From IMG/VR virus record IMGVR_UViG_3300011336_000352, positions 1-59,330 of that record: DNA of 59,330 bases, one strand, 5' to 3'. Made by a program: the position numbers and the translations under genes. Shown piece by piece: positions 55,680 to 59,330 of this stretch. Origin of the DNA: a virus. Taxonomy: Duplodnaviria; Caudoviricetes. A model generated the notes under the pieces. The model made no database searches and was not told the origin of the DNA. It saw only the letters and a program-made list of their open reading frames with translations. Each line of letters opens with the position of its first letter. Within the stretch, counting starts at the first letter, position 1.

Positions 55680-58600
55680 TGGCAACAGATTACTCTCAAT
55701 ACAATTGGGATAGTGGTGGTATGGGCCCAGACGAATTGGATGGGTTCAGGGATAACATCATCAATACTTTCTTACAGAAGGCTAGCTCTGTTATAAATGC
55801 AGAGCAAGATCCGGCTAAGAAGGCGAAAATGGAGGCTGCCCTAGAGAATAGGGTAAATGCTATTAGTGGTGCTTTTGACAAGTATGGTCCTACTGCCTTT
55901 GACCCAAACCTATCTAGCAAGAACCAGCATCCAGAAGATTCCTCTCTAGATGTTCCTAACTATATACCCAGTAATTTTACTGGGGATCTTCCATTTTCTC
56001 CATATGACCCTAATAAGCTACAGGCTAAGGCAGATCAGGGGCTACAAGACACACTAAATCAAGATGGTAACAAGGGGTTACTAGCAATCTTGAATGCTGG
56101 TGTAGCTCCGGTACTTGGAGACAATGCTTTTGGAGTTACTCCCTCTAGATGGGATTCTTTGAGCCCGCAAGAAAAGTACTTCATGTACGAGAGTGGCGCT
56201 GCACCAGATATTGCAGCACCGCCAAATAAAGGATTACTAGCCAATGCGGCTAGTGCTTTCTTATCCAGCGCGGATACTGCCGGATCGGTCGGGCTTCGTA
56301 CTACGGCTGCTTTAGCAGCAGCTATAGCTAAGTCCCAGAATCCAGGTAATCCTTATTACGCTCAGGAAGTGGATCAGAGTAGTGATACACTCCAGCAGCA
56401 GGCCGACTATCTTCAAGAGCAAGCCAAAGTCCAAGGAAAGCAGATCGCTGGGTCAGATATAGGATCGCAGGCTGGTGAATTTCTAGGAGGCGCTGCTGGT
56501 GGCTTAGCTACTGGTGGTGTTGGTATGTTTGCACCGTCCTTTGAGAATGTGGCCAATGGAGCCAATCCTTACACCGAAGCTGCTAAAACCGCAGTAACTA
56601 CTGCTCCTGAGTACGCTGCTACCCTAGGTCTAAATGCCTTTAAGGGGGGCTTGCTGACTAGAATGGCTAAAGCAGTTCCCTCTGCTGTGGGAATTAATGT
56701 GGCAGGAGCAGCAGCAGAGAATGCTCTAGGTGTGAGCAATAGAGATCCGTTCAGCCTGAGCGATAACGCCGCCGCAGCAGGTCTTGGTGCCTTTGCTGCT
56801 TTGACCGGAGGGGGTACGGCTAGGCATATAGAAGATACTGTAGTACCTCCAAAGGGTAATGTAGATCCAGACATTAATGCTGGAATTCAGGCAGGTAAGC
56901 AGGCCACCGAACAGTCTAATCCTGGCCTGTACTCTAACAACGAAGCAGTATCTCTATATTCTGGTAAGCCTGAAAATGTTCCTACACCAGAAACTACAAT
57001 TCCTTATCCTACTTGGAAAGATTTGAATACTCCAAAAGCTTCTGAAATTAATGTAGATACTACATCTGATATTCTAAAGAATAGGGACATAGATCAGGCT
57101 TGGCAACAGAAAGCAGCAGATGAAGCGGCTGTTAAAAATCTCATTCCGGACATTCTAGATGAACTGAGCCCAAAGGCTCCAGTAGAGGAAACCCTTCCTA
57201 CTGTTTCAGATCTAGCCTCTAAGGAGCCAGTACCAACCAACAATGCTTTTGCCAGCAATCCAGAGCTAAAGAGCTTGTATGATGATCTTACTTTGCAGCG
57301 CGCCAAAGAGCAGGCAGCTATGCCAGAAGATCCTAATGTAGAACTTACTACTAATAAAGATCCAATAGATAGTAAGCCTCGTACGATGTTCAAGTACAAG
57401 GGAAAACCACAGCCCTCAGAAGAGCTAAACTTTACTGGAGAGCCTGGTACTTCTTCTCAAGAAGCTCAGGTAGCGCCAAAGGCAGCTCTTCCACTAGAAG
57501 AGCAATCAAGGAATGATCTTCTCTCTAGCTTAGATGAAAAGCTAAAAAGCGTTGAACCAGCAGAATCTCCAGCTCCCTATACTCCTACTGATTATCAAGG
57601 GATAAAGAATCTTCCCTCTTCTGTTACTTCTAAATTAGCAGATGGTACCCTATCGGCGGATCATATAATTGATGCGTTTGCCAACAACGATGGCAATAGA
57701 CTATCCTCGTATCCCGCATTTCAGGAGTTGGCTAAGGGAGCACAGAAGGTTCGAGATACTCTAGGAGGAGGAGATGCTAAGGTAGAGATCATTCCACAAG
57801 ATCCAGCTTCTAGAACACCAGCGCAGCAGGCTTGGGTAGATTCCTACAATCAAAGAGCGCAAGCAAAGGGCAACGATACCTTTGATAAAGTTGGCGGTAT
57901 CTACTCTGAAGCAGACCATACCATTAAGATCAATGGCATAAACAATGCCACTCCTGATACTCTGCTACATGAGGCCGTTCATCCCCTTACTAATGCTGCT
58001 CTTGAGGCGGGCAGAATGGGTAAGCTTACTGGGGATCGTTTACAAGGCTATAAGAATCTACAGAATATCTTTGAAGCCTTGAAGCCAGAGATATCCGAGC
58101 AAGTAGCGGATGTGGCAAGATCCGTTGGAAAGAGCGGGGGCGATTCTCTTAAGGTATTAAATGTTACCAACAAGTTAGGGTATGGCCTAAAGAATCTGCA
58201 CGAACTAGCATCCGAGATGCACAGCAATACGGCTTTTGTTAACAATCTAAAGAGAATAGACCCCGAGACTTTGCTAGCTAAAGCAAAAGGAACTGCTCGC
58301 TGGCTGCCATTGAGAATGGCTTTAGCTAAGGCTCGCAATGGGTACGAGGCAGTTAGCAGTGCCATAAAGAAGCTTCTAGGCCTAGGTCCAAAAGCAGCCA
58401 ATGCGTATGATATGCTGCAAGGGCACTTCCACGGCTTTGTAGAATCATTCAAGAATGCTCCAGCTAATGAAACTCCAGAAGCGATTAGATCGGCTAGACG
58501 CGCTGCTGTAGAGAAGCATTTAGCTCAGGCTAAAGAAAGTGCTGCTCAAAGTAGCGAGCCCTTCTCTGGAAAGAATAACCCATTAAAGTACGATAAGAAT

Positions 58601-59330
58601 TCCCCATCTAAGTTTGATATGCTTCGCAATCTATTCTTGGGGGAGAGATCTTCTGAGTATGGAAAAGTAGTATCTACTGCTAAAGAAAGATACTCTGGGG
58701 CTGTACAGGAAAGTCTGCGCACTTCTCATCAGCTAAGCAGCAAACTAAAGGATGCCATGAAGGCCGATGGCATGAATGCATCCGACTCCTCTACTGTACT
58801 CGATTACATCCACAATATTCACAGCAAAGACCCGCAGACGGCCGCAGAGGCCGCTCACATCTTGGACAGCTACCCAAAGGTAAAAGCTCTAGTTACAGAT
58901 ACTATTCTTCCAAAGCTACGTAGCAACGAGCTTGGGATAGTAAAGTCTATTAGAGCAATGGATAATCCTACTAAGGCAGACTTGCTACTTGCGCACACCA
59001 TCTTGGATAATCCAGGATATACTATGCGCGAGTACAACAGTGATTCCTTTAGCAAGAATCTACTAGCCACTGGTCTAGACGCAATAAAGAAAGGCGAAGG
59101 GGCTAAGCTAACTCCTGAACAAGAGAAAGCTAAGACAATAACCAATAATGCCCTAGACTACATTAATAAGAATGTTCTTCCTAATGAGAGTATGTCTAGA
59201 AAGAATCTTAATGGACTACGCTCTCAAGCTAAGTACTTAGGATTGGATACTGTAAAGACCCTCACCGGAATAAAGACTTCAGCTAGAAAGAAAGCTGCTT
59301 TAATAAAAGCTATCAATGATGCAGTACAAG
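55679..59330 (+). CDS. N-terminal part of the ~2,000-aa internal virion protein with a HExxH zincin-like motif (runs off the end, continues at the window start)
   Basis: TAATG-coupled ATG 55679; absent from the ORF track, consistent with no in-window stop; LLHEAVH at 57962-57982; in frame with ORF 42-2858. Confidence 0.8.
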   Translation, partial: MATDYSQYNWDSGGMGPDELDGFRDNIINTFLQKASSVINAEQDPAKKAKMEAALENRVNAISGAFDKYGPTAFDPNLSSKNQHPEDSSLDVPNYIPSNFTGDLPFSPYDPNKLQAKADQGLQDTLNQDGNKGLLAILNAGVAPVLGDNAFGVTPSRWDSLSPQEKYFMYESGAAPDIAAPPNKGLLANAASAFLSSADTAGSVGLRTTAALAAAIAKSQNPGNPYYAQEVDQSSDTLQQQADYLQEQAKVQGKQIAGSDIGSQAGEFLGGAAGGLATGGVGMFAPSFENVANGANPYTEAAKTAVTTAPEYAATLGLNAFKGGLLTRMAKAVPSAVGINVAGAAAENALGVSNRDPFSLSDNAAAAGLGAFAALTGGGTARHIEDTVVPPKGNVDPDINAGIQAGKQATEQSNPGLYSNNEAVSLYSGKPENVPTPETTIPYPTWKDLNTPKASEINVDTTSDILKNRDIDQAWQQKAADEAAVKNLIPDILDELSPKAPVEETLPTVSDLASKEPVPTNNAFASNPELKSLYDDLTLQRAKEQAAMPEDPNVELTTNKDPIDSKPRTMFKYKGKPQPSEELNFTGEPGTSSQEAQVAPKAALPLEEQSRNDLLSSLDEKLKSVEPAESPAPYTPTDYQGIKNLPSSVTSKLADGTLSADHIIDAFANNDGNRLSSYPAFQELAKGAQKVRDTLGGGDAKVEIIPQDPASRTPAQQAWVDSYNQRAQAKGNDTFDKVGGIYSEADHTIKINGINNATPDTLLHEAVHPLTNAALEAGRMGKLTGDRLQGYKNLQNIFEALKPEISEQVADVARSVGKSGGDSLKVLNVTNKLGYGLKNLHELASEMHSNTAFVNNLKRIDPETLLAKAKGTARWLPLRMALAKARNGYEAVSSAIKKLLGLGPKAANAYDMLQGHFHGFVESFKNAPANETPEAIRSARRAAVEKHLAQAKESAAQSSEPFSGKNNPLKYDKNSPSKFDMLRNLFLGERSSEYGKVVSTAKERYSGAVQESLRTSHQLSSKLKDAMKADGMNASDSSTVLDYIHNIHSKDPQTAAEAAHILDSYPKVKALVTDTILPKLRSNELGIVKSIRAMDNPTKADLLLAHTILDNPGYTMREYNSDSFSKNLLATGLDAIKKGEGAKLTPEQEKAKTITNNALDYINKNVLPNESMSRKNLNGLRSQAKYLGLDTVKTLTGIKTSARKKAALIKAINDAVQ
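58821..59330 (+). repeat. Terminal direct repeat, right copy (imperfect match to 1-510)
   Basis: Ungapped alignment with bases 1-510. Confidence 0.95.

Noticed and set aside
1-59330. Genome-wide TAG stop-codon reassignment
   Set aside because: Core genes are intact under code 11, several end at TAG (primase, scaffold, GGCT), no suppressor tRNA was seen, and readthrough of the exonuclease TAG would not restore its frame.

Overview
The window appears to be a complete, circularly permuted genome (unit length about 58,820 bp) of a lytic podovirus-like tailed phage with a Gram-negative host. Bases 1-510 recur, imperfectly, at 58821-59330. There are two arms. The minus-strand early/middle arm (about 34.5 kb down to 7.3 kb) carries small early genes, a deaminase, a phiEco32/LUZ24-type ATP-grasp / COOH-NH2 ligase / GGCT / amidoligase / glutamine amidotransferase cluster, primase, peptide deformylase, helicase, family A DNA polymerase, SSB, class II RNR, nucleases and two tRNAs. 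The plus-strand late arm (about 35.1 kb through the junction to 7.3 kb) carries lysis genes, terminase, portal, scaffold, an N4-gp56-type capsid, tail, ejection proteins (one of about 2,000 aa spanning the contig ends), tail fibre and spanins. I recognise no integrase, RNA polymerase or sigma factor. The strongest candidates for new biology are: (1) an EndoVII-type endonuclease that has captured the start of the 5'-3' exonuclease gene, while the re-supplied exonuclease start is broken by a 5-nt, TAG-containing insert inside a hairpin, resembling a miniature T4 mobA/gene 60 bypass cassette; (2) three near-consensus sigma-E (RpoE/AlgU)-type promoters placed in front of middle/late units; (3) a structured non-coding leader of about 460 nt before the late operon; (4) a split large terminase and an apparent ATA start for the DNA polymerase. 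All protein calls rest on motif recognition by eye; no database searches were run.
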